Program-made: the position numbers and the translations under genes
Notes under the pieces: generated by a model
What the model was told of the DNA's origin: nothing
Seen by the model: only the letters and a program-made list of their open reading frames with translations
The model's database searches: none
NCBI GenBank assembly: GCA_944358865.1
Contig: CALVRV010000001.1
Coordinates: forward strand, 21,186 to 85,185
DNA length: 64,000 nucleotides
Reading direction: 5' to 3'
Origin: an uncultured Bacilli bacterium
GTDB taxonomy: Bacteria; Bacillota_I; Bacilli_A; RFN20; CAG-826
Shown: piece by piece, positions 42,326 to 52,623 of the stretch
Position numbering within the stretch: the first letter of the stretch is position 1
Layout: each line of letters opens with the position of its first letter

Positions 42326-43538
42326 GAATATCTCCTTTCTTTTTTAAAATATCACAAAGATAATCAATATCTTCTTTAGTTGTATATAAATAAGTTGACA
42401 TTCTAACTGTTGCAACTTCATGTAGAAAATCTATTAGTATTTTTGCACAATGTTGTCCACTTCTAACCGCAATACCTTTGCTATTTAAAAATGTTGCTTC
42501 ATCTTGAGCAAAAACACCTTTAACATTAAAAGTTATAATACCAGTTCCTGCTCCTTTATTATATATAATAACATCATCAACATCTTTTATTTTTTCAAGA
42601 AAATATTTTCTTAATTCTTCTTCGTGTTTTGCAATATTTTCCATACCAATATTACTTAAAAATTTAACAGCTTCACCAAGACCCATAATTCCAGCAAGAT
42701 GTTCAGTTCCAGCTTCAAATTTACTTGGTGGATTTAAATATTTAACATTGCCACACATATCAAATTTAGCATTCATGCCCCCACCAGTTAAAAAAGGATC
42801 CATAATATCAAGAAGATGATATTTGCCATATAAAACCCCAATACCAGTAGGTCCACACATCTTATGTCCAGAAAATGATAAAAAATCACAATCTAAATCT
42901 TTTACATCAGTAGGAATATGAGGGACACTCTGCGCTCCATCGACCGCTAGTAATGCGCCATAACTATGTACGACTTTACTAATTTCTTTAATAGGAGCAA
43001 TATAACCCAAGACATTACCAATATGAGCAATAGAAACAACTTTAGTTTTTTTAGAAATTACTTTTTTTAGATTTTCAAGGGTTAATCGACCATCTTTGTC
43101 TAAAGGTATATAGTTAATTTTACAACCAGTAAGTTCGCTAATTCTAAACCATGGCAAAACATTACTTGCGTGTTCGGCTTCACTTATTAGCACTTCATCA
43201 TCTTTAGTTAAATATTTTAATCCATAACCATAAGCAATTAAATTAATTGACATTGATGTACCGCTTGTAAAAACAATTTCATTTTCATTCGCGTTAATAA
43301 AATTTGCTATAATGCGCCTTGCATTTTCAACTTCAACATCCATGTTGTAACATAAATCATAATCACCGCGATGCGAATTAGAAGTTTCAAAATTGTAATA
43401 TTGATTAATTTTGTCAATAACACATTTAGGTTTAAAAGTTGTAGAAGCATTATCTAAAAACACTAAAGGATGGCCTTGCATTTTAATATTATTTGTTAGC
43501 ATTGGAAATTGTTTTCTTATTTCATATACATCATACAT
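42306..43538 (-). CDS. sufS: cysteine desulfurase SufS
   Basis: SFSGHKMCGPTGIGVLYG (PLP lysine) and active-site RSGQHCA. Confidence 0.9.
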   Translation of the reverse strand: MYDVYEIRKQFPMLTNNIKMQGHPLVFLDNASTTFKPKCVIDKINQYYNFETSNSHRGDYDLCYNMDVEVENARRIIANFINANENEIVFTSGTSMSINLIAYGYGLKYLTKDDEVLISEAEHASNVLPWFRISELTGCKINYIPLDKDGRLTLENLKKVISKKTKVVSIAHIGNVLGYIAPIKEISKVVHSYGALLAVDGAQSVPHIPTDVKDLDCDFLSFSGHKMCGPTGIGVLYGKYHLLDIMDPFLTGGGMNAKFDMCGNVKYLNPPSKFEAGTEHLAGIMGLGEAVKFLSNIGMENIAKHEEELRKYFLEKIKDVDDVIIYNKGAGTGIITFNVKGVFAQDEATFLNSKGIAVRSGQHCAKILIDFLHEVATVRMSTYLYTTKEDIDYLCDILKKKGDILDAYFN

Positions 43539-43542
43539 AAAT

Positions 43543-44298
43543 TTATAACCTCGAATCTAAAAGATTAGATACATCGTTTAAAAGTTCATCATCTTTAAAA
43601 TTTTTAATCACATTGTTAAAATAGCCTAAGACAATAAGTTTTTTAGCTTCTAAAACACTTAATCCACGCGATAACAAATAAAATAGATGATCTTCATTTA
43701 ATTGTCCAATTGAGGCACCATGACTAGCTTTAACATCATCGTTTGCTATTTTTAAAATTGGTTTTGCTATACCAACACTATTTTTATCAATAAGCATTAT
43801 TTTAACATTTTGTGAAGTATTACATTTTATAATATTTTCTTTTATGTCACTTGTACCTAGAATAAGTAAATTACCATTATCTTTACAAACACCATATGTA
43901 GAAACTTTTGCATCAGTTGATATAGCGTTATGATTAACATTTATCGTAAATGTTTTTTTATCATTTATTGAAGATAGAATTGCGCTATTAAAGGTGGCAT
44001 TACTATACGAATCATTAAGATTAACATCAATATAAATATTACTATTATTTTTACTAAAATCGATTAAATTACCGGTGATTTGAGACTTATTTTTACAATT
44101 TATCATAATTTTTAAATTAATATCATCACCTAAAATAATGCCTTTAATAAAGACATTTATATCATTGATAACATCAATAATAATTTCTTCACTTTTTGAA
44201 ATATTATGAAAAATAATATCGCTATTACTAGCAACGCTTATATGATTTAAAGTTGACAAATTGTCATTATTTAAAACTATAGTGTTATTATTTTTCAT
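43543..44298 (-). CDS. sufD: SufD-like protein, short form (251 aa)
   Basis: C-terminal ASHGASIGQLNEDHLFYLLSRGLSVLEAKKLI matches the SufB/D C-terminal block; beta-helix-like N/I repeats. Confidence 0.65.
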   Translation of the reverse strand: MKNNNTIVLNNDNLSTLNHISVASNSDIIFHNISKSEEIIIDVINDINVFIKGIILGDDINLKIMINCKNKSQITGNLIDFSKNNSNIYIDVNLNDSYSNATFNSAILSSINDKKTFTINVNHNAISTDAKVSTYGVCKDNGNLLILGTSDIKENIIKCNTSQNVKIMLIDKNSVGIAKPILKIANDDVKASHGASIGQLNEDHLFYLLSRGLSVLEAKKLIVLGYFNNVIKNFKDDELLNDVSNLLDSRL

Positions 44299-45124
44299 GG
44301 ATATTTTTACTCATTTCTTTTGTCGCACACACACCGATGGAAACTTGATTCATCGATTTCTCAGTTGATTTTTCTATTTCAATACCATATTCACTTTTAA
44401 TAAATTCATATCCTTCTTTATCAACACGATTAATTAAAGAAGAATCGCCTTTTAAAACAATCTTTCCATTGACAATAATTATTGCATCTGTTGGATTAAT
44501 AAGATTAAAAAGACGGGCATAGTGAGAAATAACCATAAAACAATGATTACCATCTTGTAAGGATTTAATAGCATTACTAACATCATTAATAGCGTCAACA
44601 TCTAAACCTGAATCAATTTCATCAAGCATGCAAATATCAGGATTTAAAATTAGCATTTGTAAAATCTCATTACGCTTTTTTTCACCACCAGAAAATCCTT
44701 CATTTAAATTACGATTAGCTAAATCAAAAGGCATGTTTAATTTTTTGGTCGCGTTATCTAAAAGTTTATAAAATTGATATAAAGAGACAGGTTTTTCTTT
44801 CCTAGCATTTAATGCACTACGTAAAAATTCAGCATTAATTACTCCAGGAACTTCGCATGGATTTTGCATAGCTAAAAATAAGCCTTTTTTACTTCTTTCA
44901 TCAACACTTAAATTAGTAATATCTTCACCATCTAAAATAATTTTACCTTGAGTAATTTTATATTTAGGATTGCCCATCAAAGCGTTAAATAATGTAGATT
45001 TACCATGCCCATTTGGACCTAAAATAGCCAATGTTTGTCCTGGCTTTAATGTTAAATCTATTCCTTTTAAAATTTCTTTATTTTCTACTTCAACATGTAA
45101 GTTTTCAATCAATAATTCCTTCAT
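44288..45124 (-). CDS. sufC: Fe-S cluster assembly ATPase SufC
   Basis: GPNGHGKST Walker A, FSGGEKKR signature, DEIDSGLD Walker B. Confidence 0.9.
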   Translation of the reverse strand: MKELLIENLHVEVENKEILKGIDLTLKPGQTLAILGPNGHGKSTLFNALMGNPKYKITQGKIILDGEDITNLSVDERSKKGLFLAMQNPCEVPGVINAEFLRSALNARKEKPVSLYQFYKLLDNATKKLNMPFDLANRNLNEGFSGGEKKRNEILQMLILNPDICMLDEIDSGLDVDAINDVSNAIKSLQDGNHCFMVISHYARLFNLINPTDAIIIVNGKIVLKGDSSLINRVDKEGYEFIKSEYGIEIEKSTEKSMNQVSIGVCATKEMSKNIHEK

Positions 45125-45462
45125 AATAACACCCGCCTAATGCTTTAAAATAATATAACCTTTTCTTTTATTTTACAAATATAATGATAAATTTTCTCTA
45201 TATGATTTAATTTTATAATTAAAATGGTTATTTATCATTTACAATAATAAATGTAAGTTATTAACATAGTTAATAAAACAACAAATTCTTTTAAAAAAAT
45301 ATTATAAAGAAAACTCTATATATTTTATAAAAACAACTTTTTGACTATTAATTTAGGCTGAAATGAGTATAATTTGATAATTGTTAATAAATTTTTTTGT
45401 TGCATATAATGGATGTAATATATAAAATATTAACGCTATTACAAATTAAGGAGGTCGCACTG

Positions 45463-47349
45463 ATGAAACATAAAAAACTATCTATCTCAATAGTTTCTGC
45501 TTTCATTGCTGCTTTAGGTTTAACAAGCTGTTCAAACAATGTCACAGCCTCTGATGATTCTATCGTTACTTTAAAAGGTTATGATGGTCAAGAGATTGCC
45601 ATTGACACAGATGCTATTTATGACAAATATAAATATAGCGAAGATGGAATTAACAGTTTTTACCAAGCAATTTTAGAAGTTGTTATTCGTAACTTCTATG
45701 AAACAAGTACAAATCCAGAAGTTTCTTCTCGTTTAGCCGAGATGGAAGCCCAAGCTAGAAATGATGTATTAAGTGATCAAGAAACCGCACGTGAAAACGC
45801 AACCACAAACGGCACAGATTATGATACAGAATGGCAATCCATTTTAGATTCTGCTGGTGTTGATGATGAAGAAGGTCTTTATCAATCTCATTTATATGAT
45901 TTAGAAAGAGCGGATTATGAAGACCGCTATTTTGAAGATCATAAAAGTGAATTAACAAACGAATATATCGGTTTTGCTTCTACCGATGGTGAATACAGTG
46001 ATTATGATGGTGTTCATGCTTCAAAATATCCTTACCATGTAAGACATATTTTAGTAAATACCACCGCTAGCGCTACAGATTATGTCACTGGTGAAATTAC
46101 TGCTGCTGAAGCACAAAACCTTAATACCGTTTATAAAGCTTTATCAAATGGTAGATATACTTTTGGTCAAGTTGCTCACGAATGGAGTGAAGATAGTTCC
46201 GCTACAAATTATGGTGATTCCGGTATTATGGATACTTCAACCGAATTTGTTAATGAATTTAAATTAGGTTTATATGCATTTGACGCTGTTTATGGCACTG
46301 ATGTCACAGGTAATGCTACTTTAAAAGAAGACAAATTAGGTTTAGATGGTTCATATAATGAAGGAAGCGAAACCGTTAAAGACAAATTAGAATCAATTGG
46401 TTTACAAACTGTTTCTTATGAGGTTTTCGAATTCTTAGGTGATCATTATGATGATGAAAAATCTGATGCTGGTCTTAGCGTTAACGAAGGCGCAGCTAGA
46501 TATTTCCCACGTAATGTATTTTGGAATAACTATTTAAATTTACATAACGTTTTTGTTATTACTGATCAACAATTAGAAATCTTAACTCAAGAAGGTGATA
46601 ATTGGGTTGAAGATACAACTTATACCCATTATGTTGCACCAACTGGAGCTGTCAGCGGTCGTGCTGGATTTAGACATGTTGCTGCTTTAGATAGTGTTGT
46701 TGGTTCTGGTACACGTGTATTAACCGATGAAAATGGTCGTGTTATTGTTGGTGTTAGAAGTGAATATGGTATTCATTTTATGATTATGCAAAGAACACCA
46801 TTTGAAGTTAGCGGTACAATTTCTGGTTATAATAGTGAAACCGGTACATATTCTTATAACGACACCACTATTAGTGAATATTACACTACTTATGTTCCAA
46901 ATGACCAAGAATATCCAAAGCGTGCTGATGGAACAAATAAAACTACTTATATTAATTTTATGATTAGTGAAGATTCTACATACGAAAGCCGTGCTCAAGA
47001 AGTCGAAGATTTAATTCAATCTTTTGACAACATGTATGATTATCGTATTTTTGAAACATTAATCGCTAATGGTCAAATTACTATTAATGATGAAGTTGTT
47101 GCAGAAAGAATCGATGATTTCATTAATCAAAGAAGAGAATATAACGAATGGAATGATGCTAAAACATTAAATGATTCATGGAATTCATATCTTGATAAGA
47201 TTTCTTTACAATATGAAATTCGTGATGATGAAAATGGATTAGAAAATTCTTCTCGTTTAACTAAAGTTACATGTGGTATTCATTTTGGTGATTATAATCC
47301 AGATGATCCATTATGGTCACAAGGAGGAGCCTGTTATTATGAAAACTAA
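45463..47349 (+). CDS. large lipoprotein with PrsA/parvulin-type PPIase domain (628 aa from MKHKK)
   Basis: Lipobox LTSC with RBS AAGGAGG at 45449-45455. The central block YHVRHILV...SNGRYTFGQVAHEWSEDSSATNYGDSGIMD...FKLGLYAF matches the PrsA rotamase domain, with a ~330-aa C-terminal extension. The ORF track start at 45397 is probably an over-extension. Confidence 0.6.
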   Translation: MKHKKLSISIVSAFIAALGLTSCSNNVTASDDSIVTLKGYDGQEIAIDTDAIYDKYKYSEDGINSFYQAILEVVIRNFYETSTNPEVSSRLAEMEAQARNDVLSDQETARENATTNGTDYDTEWQSILDSAGVDDEEGLYQSHLYDLERADYEDRYFEDHKSELTNEYIGFASTDGEYSDYDGVHASKYPYHVRHILVNTTASATDYVTGEITAAEAQNLNTVYKALSNGRYTFGQVAHEWSEDSSATNYGDSGIMDTSTEFVNEFKLGLYAFDAVYGTDVTGNATLKEDKLGLDGSYNEGSETVKDKLESIGLQTVSYEVFEFLGDHYDDEKSDAGLSVNEGAARYFPRNVFWNNYLNLHNVFVITDQQLEILTQEGDNWVEDTTYTHYVAPTGAVSGRAGFRHVAALDSVVGSGTRVLTDENGRVIVGVRSEYGIHFMIMQRTPFEVSGTISGYNSETGTYSYNDTTISEYYTTYVPNDQEYPKRADGTNKTTYINFMISEDSTYESRAQEVEDLIQSFDNMYDYRIFETLIANGQITINDEVVAERIDDFINQRREYNEWNDAKTLNDSWNSYLDKISLQYEIRDDENGLENSSRLTKVTCGIHFGDYNPDDPLWSQGGACYYEN

Positions 47350-49201
47350 GTTTATCCCCTTATTACTTGCACCAGCTTTATTACTTGCTAGTTGTTCAAG
47401 TGAAATATTATCTACACCAACTGATAATGATAATCCATTAATCGTTGGAAGTGATGGTTCTCCATTAACTCAAGAAATCTATAATAATATTAAAAGTATT
47501 GTTTATGATGCGATGAGAGACAATGGAACTTTAGCAAGTGAAGTCTTAGATGAAATTTTATATCAAGTTGCTATATCAGTTTTTGGTGATTACAATACAT
47601 TAACTGATTTATATGGAAAATTGGTTTTGGTAAGTGGTCAAGAAAATACTTATCAAACCAATACTGAAATTGATGAATTTATTAATTCACATTCTGCATA
47701 TTGGGTTAAAGACGCTGATGGAAATCGTTTAACTGACCAAACAAGCAAAAATAAAGAATATATTCGTTTTAAAGAATCTTTTGAACGTATTCAAGAACGT
47801 ATTGCCGAAAGATTTTATAGCGATATTACATCTGGCAGCTATTTAAGAAATGGATATTTTTATGAAACTGACTATTTAATGTCATTAAGAAATTCCATTA
47901 ATAACGTTGCTAATCCATTAGATCAAACTAATCGTTCATTATTGCACGATAAATACCTTATCGTCCCTGAAATAGAAGAAGATGAAGTGTTTACTTATGA
48001 TTGGGAAGAAGAAGGAAAATTAAATGGTTTATTAACCTTATCTTTATATGAAAATGAAGAATTAGGTTATAATTACGTTTCAAATACTTTCATTCCTGAT
48101 ATTTATCGTAACCTATTAGTGGAACAATATTTATTTGATAACAATTATTCAACATTAGGACGTGCTTACGCTCGTGAAGTCAACATTATTACTATTGCTA
48201 ATCGTGAATCTAGTCCACTTTTAGCATCTAATTTAATGAATGCTTATGTTGATAATTATATCAATACAGATAATGCTCTAGTTGCACAAAACGCTTCATT
48301 TGACATTATTTCCACTGCTTATCGTGGTGTCAATGTACCAGAAGTAGGTGCAGTCGATAGCGATGATATTTATCAACAAGCGGCATTCTTATTAAGTGAA
48401 GCCGATGCTCAACATTTATCATACACTGACGATGCTGGCTTTACTGGCGAAACTTATCAATATTGGGTTGGCACTAGTTATGGTGATATGGTTAAAGATT
48501 TATCAAAAGTTAATCGTAATCCTTTAATTACTGATTCTTCTATTGAAAGTGAATTCACTAATTCTGGTGAATATACCGTTAGCCAAGGTGTTGTTAATAA
48601 AACTAACAATATCTTAAAAGAAAGCTACATTACTGATGGTTGGTACATTAGAAATGGTGGCTTAGAAGATTTAGGTGAAGGATTTGATTCTTTAAGAACT
48701 AGATTATTTAATATCGGTGTCGCAAATGCTTTAGATAATGAAAATTATCCTGATCGTTTTGCAAGTGATGGTACATATTCTATTCCTGAAGAAGAAGGCA
48801 ACTACGTTGCTAAAATTCATGGTAGATATTATTTAAAACCAATTACTAGAGAAAATCCAGGCGATGAAGAAATTGATTATACAAATCCAAGCAATCGTTT
48901 AAAGGATATCTTATGGTCCGACAGCGAAGGCAACTTTACTATCGTAGAAATTACTCAAGCTGTTTCTTCTAGCAAATTATCTAGAAATGCTTCAACTAAT
49001 TATGAAAATTTATATGAAGGTATTGATGGCTTCATTTTAATGGAAAACATCTCTCATGAAGTTGCATATGTAATTGCACAAAACGATTCATATAAAACAT
49101 TATCTACCCAATATTGGTTAGAAGCTGCTGAAATTGTTTATCATGATGATACAATTTATGATTATTTCTTAGAAAATTATCCTGATTTATTCGAAGAATA
49201 A
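47339..49201 (+). CDS. large lipoprotein, function unknown (621 aa from MKTKF)
   Basis: Lipobox LLASC; RBS AAGGAGGAG; start overlaps the previous stop by 11 nt. Acidic, Y/N/T-rich. Confidence 0.6.
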   Translation: MKTKFIPLLLAPALLLASCSSEILSTPTDNDNPLIVGSDGSPLTQEIYNNIKSIVYDAMRDNGTLASEVLDEILYQVAISVFGDYNTLTDLYGKLVLVSGQENTYQTNTEIDEFINSHSAYWVKDADGNRLTDQTSKNKEYIRFKESFERIQERIAERFYSDITSGSYLRNGYFYETDYLMSLRNSINNVANPLDQTNRSLLHDKYLIVPEIEEDEVFTYDWEEEGKLNGLLTLSLYENEELGYNYVSNTFIPDIYRNLLVEQYLFDNNYSTLGRAYAREVNIITIANRESSPLLASNLMNAYVDNYINTDNALVAQNASFDIISTAYRGVNVPEVGAVDSDDIYQQAAFLLSEADAQHLSYTDDAGFTGETYQYWVGTSYGDMVKDLSKVNRNPLITDSSIESEFTNSGEYTVSQGVVNKTNNILKESYITDGWYIRNGGLEDLGEGFDSLRTRLFNIGVANALDNENYPDRFASDGTYSIPEEEGNYVAKIHGRYYLKPITRENPGDEEIDYTNPSNRLKDILWSDSEGNFTIVEITQAVSSSKLSRNASTNYENLYEGIDGFILMENISHEVAYVIAQNDSYKTLSTQYWLEAAEIVYHDDTIYDYFLENYPDLFEE

Positions 49202-49222
49202 TTATTAGATTTACACTTTATA

Positions 49223-49252
49223 AAAGACAGCCATTCGGTTGTCTTTTTTTTA
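49223..49252 (+). terminator. Rho-independent terminator AAAGACAGCC-ATTC-GGTTGTCTTTTTTTTT
   Basis: 9-bp stem (one G-U pair) plus a T-run after the lipoprotein pair. Confidence 0.65.
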
Positions 49253-49303
49253 ATTTTACATTATAATACATTTAGTCTATTTATTGAGAAAGGTCTAATT
49301 TAT

Positions 49304-49723
49304 ATGGAAAATCTTGATTGCGTTTTTTGTAAAATAGTATCTAGTGATATTCCTGCATATAAAATATTTGAAGATGAAGATGTTCTTGCTTTTTTAGATG
49401 TTGCACCAGTTAGTAAAGGACACGCTTTAGTAATCAGCAAAAAACATTATGATAATTTTTTATCAACTCCAAAAGATATTATGCATAAAGTAATGGATGT
49501 CGCACAAAGAATTGGACAAATTCAAGTTCAAATGATGAACGCTAAAGGAGTAAATATTTTATCTAATTGTTATAAAGAAGCTGGTCAAAGTGTTTTTCAT
49601 TTTCATGTTCATGTCATTCCAAGATATTCTAAACATGATAACTTCATTTTAGAAATGAAAGGACATGATGAAAATCTAAATCTACCTGCTATTGCAAAAC
49701 AAATTAAAGACGAATTAAAATAA
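49304..49723 (+). CDS. HIT-family (histidine triad) protein
   Basis: HFHVHVIPR motif; 139 aa. Confidence 0.85.
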   Translation: MENLDCVFCKIVSSDIPAYKIFEDEDVLAFLDVAPVSKGHALVISKKHYDNFLSTPKDIMHKVMDVAQRIGQIQVQMMNAKGVNILSNCYKEAGQSVFHFHVHVIPRYSKHDNFILEMKGHDENLNLPAIAKQIKDELK

Positions 49724-49726
49724 ATT

Positions 49727-50659
49727 TTATTCTTTGTATAAAATACGATTATCAAGGGCGAATATTTTAGCAGTATATTCCCCTTTTTGTGTGTCGTTTA
49801 AAGCTTTATTAACAATTTCCATTTTACTATCAACATTATCGATAAGATTTAATAAAATTGCTTCTGCTGTTTGAGGTAATATGGGTGAACCAAATTCATA
49901 TTCACCATGATGAGATAAAATAAGGTGCTCTAATAAAACTATTTTTTCATCATTTTCTAAATGTAATTCTTTAGCTTTATTTTCAATCATGCTACACATA
50001 ATTGAAATGTGACCTAACAATTTTCCTTTAAGTGAATATCTATAAGCAATATCTCCTTCAAATTCTACTGTTTTGCCTATATCGTGTAATAAAATACCGC
50101 TGATCAAAAGATCTTTATCGATGAATTTATATTGTTTAGATAAAAATTCACCAATTTTTGCCATTGATAAAGTATGATAAGCAAGACCTCCCTCAAAATC
50201 ATGATGAACAGAAATCGCAGCAGGATAAGTTAAAAACGCTGGTAAATTATCTTTTATTAATTCACTTGTAATTTTATGAAGGGTTTCATTTTCAATTAAA
50301 CCAAGATAATAATTTAATTGTTGGTATAATTCATCCTTACTAAGTGGCGCGCTTTTTACGAAGCGAAATTGTTCAATTTCATTTTCTTTAACAGGTGCAA
50401 TAAAATTTATATTTACTTGCAAATTATTCTTATAAGTCTCTAAAACCCCATTAATTAATACAATATTGCCGTTTTCACATAGACGTAATTCTTCATCTTC
50501 AACATTCCATTTTACCCCTGTAATTGTTCCTGAAATGTCTTTTAAAGTTAGTCTTACATAAGGCTTTCCAGATGTTGAAGTAGATTTTGTTACGCTTGAA
50601 ATTACAAATTGTTGATATATTGTTTCATTATCTTTAAAATCTTTAATCAAAGTCACCAT
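49727..50659 (-). CDS. yhaM: 3'-5' exoribonuclease YhaM (OB-fold + HD domain)
   Basis: HD motifs HHDFEGGLAYH and LLHDIGK; about 310 aa. The ORF extends to 50683; MVTLIKDF is the likely start. Confidence 0.8.
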   Translation of the reverse strand: MVTLIKDFKDNETIYQQFVISSVTKSTSTSGKPYVRLTLKDISGTITGVKWNVEDEELRLCENGNIVLINGVLETYKNNLQVNINFIAPVKENEIEQFRFVKSAPLSKDELYQQLNYYLGLIENETLHKITSELIKDNLPAFLTYPAAISVHHDFEGGLAYHTLSMAKIGEFLSKQYKFIDKDLLISGILLHDIGKTVEFEGDIAYRYSLKGKLLGHISIMCSMIENKAKELHLENDEKIVLLEHLILSHHGEYEFGSPILPQTAEAILLNLIDNVDSKMEIVNKALNDTQKGEYTAKIFALDNRILYKE

Positions 50660-51503
50660 ATTCTTCCCTCCAAATTGATACAATCAAATTATAATTATAC
50701 CCTTTACGACGTAAATATTTTACCATGTTATTATAAAGCTCATTAGTATTTTCAAATTTATTATTATGTATTTTTATATAATGATTTATTTCTTTTTTAA
50801 GTTTATTTTTAATTAATAAATCATTTTTATCATCTTTTTTTAAAACTATATTTAAGGTTTCATTAATAGGATCTTTTTCAAATCCACGATTAATTAAAAT
50901 TGAATATATTTTATTTTTCTTTGATAAATAGTCTTCATTTTTATATTTAGATTCATTAAGTTTAATTATTTTTTTAATTTTATTTATTTCATCGTTTTTA
51001 TTAAAATGAATTTTATCAATGTCTTCTTTTTTAAATTTCTTTTCGTATAAAAGATTAATTATTTTATATTTTCCATAACATTTTTCTTTTCCATATTCGA
51101 TATAATCCAAAATTAAACCTTTATCATTTATTAAATCATGATTTTTAAGTCGCATGATAATATCATTACAAATAGGAATAGACGCACCTTTATGGATAAG
51201 TTTTTCTTTTAAAGCGTTTTCGCTGATCATTTTGGTATTTAAAATTTTTAAAGCCATATTAAAATATGTTAATGAATCATTATATTTTTTAATATTTTCG
51301 ATTTCTTCTTTAGATAAAATTTTGCCTTTATAAAAATAATATTGAGAATATGTATCATAAGAAACATCAAGTTTTTCTTTATTTGATAAATATAAAATAA
51401 CTTTATTTTTACATATTCGAAGTGATTTTATTTTTATATCGTTACCAGTAAGCTTTTCTGCCACGATAATAAACCTCCATAATATTTTTATAAAAAGTTT
51501 CAA
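50643..51503 (-). CDS. recX: RecX-family regulatory protein (tentative)
   Basis: About 260 aa, all-helical with a repeated three-helix pattern. The start codon is uncertain because of a long overlap with the upstream gene. Confidence 0.45.
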   Translation of the reverse strand: MKLFIKILWRFIIVAEKLTGNDIKIKSLRICKNKVILYLSNKEKLDVSYDTYSQYYFYKGKILSKEEIENIKKYNDSLTYFNMALKILNTKMISENALKEKLIHKGASIPICNDIIMRLKNHDLINDKGLILDYIEYGKEKCYGKYKIINLLYEKKFKKEDIDKIHFNKNDEINKIKKIIKLNESKYKNEDYLSKKNKIYSILINRGFEKDPINETLNIVLKKDDKNDLLIKNKLKKEINHYIKIHNNKFENTNELYNNMVKYLRRKGYNYNLIVSIWREEYGDFD

Positions 51504-52623
51504 TAGAATATTGACTAATAATTTTTAAAGCGTTTTCTCTTATTTTGTTTAATCCTTTTTGGTCTAAATTATAAATATAATATGCTTTATTAACAAAACT
51601 ATCTTCATCAAAAAAGAAAAAGCCGCTTCCACCATCTTCAATTGTTCCCGCTAAATTATCATCATAACGCGCTAAAACAATCGCACTAGAAGCCATTGCT
51701 TCCATAAATGTTAAGCCCTGTGTTTCAGTTAAAGAAGCACTTGTATAAACACTAGCTAAATGATAATAATATGGTACTTCGTTTGCGTCAACTGGTCCAA
51801 CAAAAGTAGTAATTTTAGAAATGTTATTTTCTTTGACTAAAGATTTTAAATGCATTTCATTAGGACCTTTACCAACAATCAATAATTTAACACTTATAGA
51901 TGGATATTTATTTTTAAATAAAGCAATATCTTTAATGGATTCTTCCATATTTTTTTCTTTTGCTAGTCTACCTAATAATAAAAAGACAAAGTCATTATCA
52001 TTTAGATTGTATTGTTTTTTTAAATTATTAAGTTTACTCTTATCAATGTTTTTATAATCAAATAAAGAAAAATCAATACCTGTTGGAACAACATTAATAT
52101 AATTATCGCTGCCATATGATCTTAACATTTCTTTAGTTTTTAAAGATGGTGCGATAAATTCTGTTGAAAAATTGCTTAAATAAACTGAATAAGCACGAAT
52201 AGTTTTTTTTGCAATGCGGTCAAAAAAACCATGAGTGACAATATATGTATAATCTTCATATGTTGTATGATACGTATGAACAAATGGGACATTTAATTTA
52301 GAAGCAACAATACGAGAAAATTGCCCTATTGGAGCGTCGTGTTGATTGTGAATAATATCAGGCTTAAAGTCTTTAATAATTTTAAATGCCTTGCTATTAT
52401 AAATCCACGCGCCACGATAACCGTAAAATTTTTTAAGTTCAAAACCAGGGATTTTAATAATATTTTCTTTTTCGTCATATTCAAATTTAGCTTCTTGAGT
52501 ATTAATTGTTACTAATAAAACATTATGACCATGGATTTTTAATATTTTAACAAGATTATAAGTAGATGTCGCAACACCATTTATTTGAGGAGGATAAGTA
52601 TCAGAAAATATCGCTATCTTCAT
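51442..52623 (-). CDS. GT4-family glycosyltransferase (likely membrane glycolipid synthase, e.g. diacylglycerol glycosyltransferase)
   Basis: N-terminal MKIAIFSDTYPPQINGVATS and a C-terminal GT4 (GT-B) pattern; 393 aa. The start overlaps the stop of the flippase-like gene (ATGA). Confidence 0.7.
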   Translation of the reverse strand: MKIAIFSDTYPPQINGVATSTYNLVKILKIHGHNVLLVTINTQEAKFEYDEKENIIKIPGFELKKFYGYRGAWIYNSKAFKIIKDFKPDIIHNQHDAPIGQFSRIVASKLNVPFVHTYHTTYEDYTYIVTHGFFDRIAKKTIRAYSVYLSNFSTEFIAPSLKTKEMLRSYGSDNYINVVPTGIDFSLFDYKNIDKSKLNNLKKQYNLNDNDFVFLLLGRLAKEKNMEESIKDIALFKNKYPSISVKLLIVGKGPNEMHLKSLVKENNISKITTFVGPVDANEVPYYYHLASVYTSASLTETQGLTFMEAMASSAIVLARYDDNLAGTIEDGGSGFFFFDEDSFVNKAYYIYNLDQKGLNKIRENALKIISQYSIETFYKNIMEVYYRGRKAYW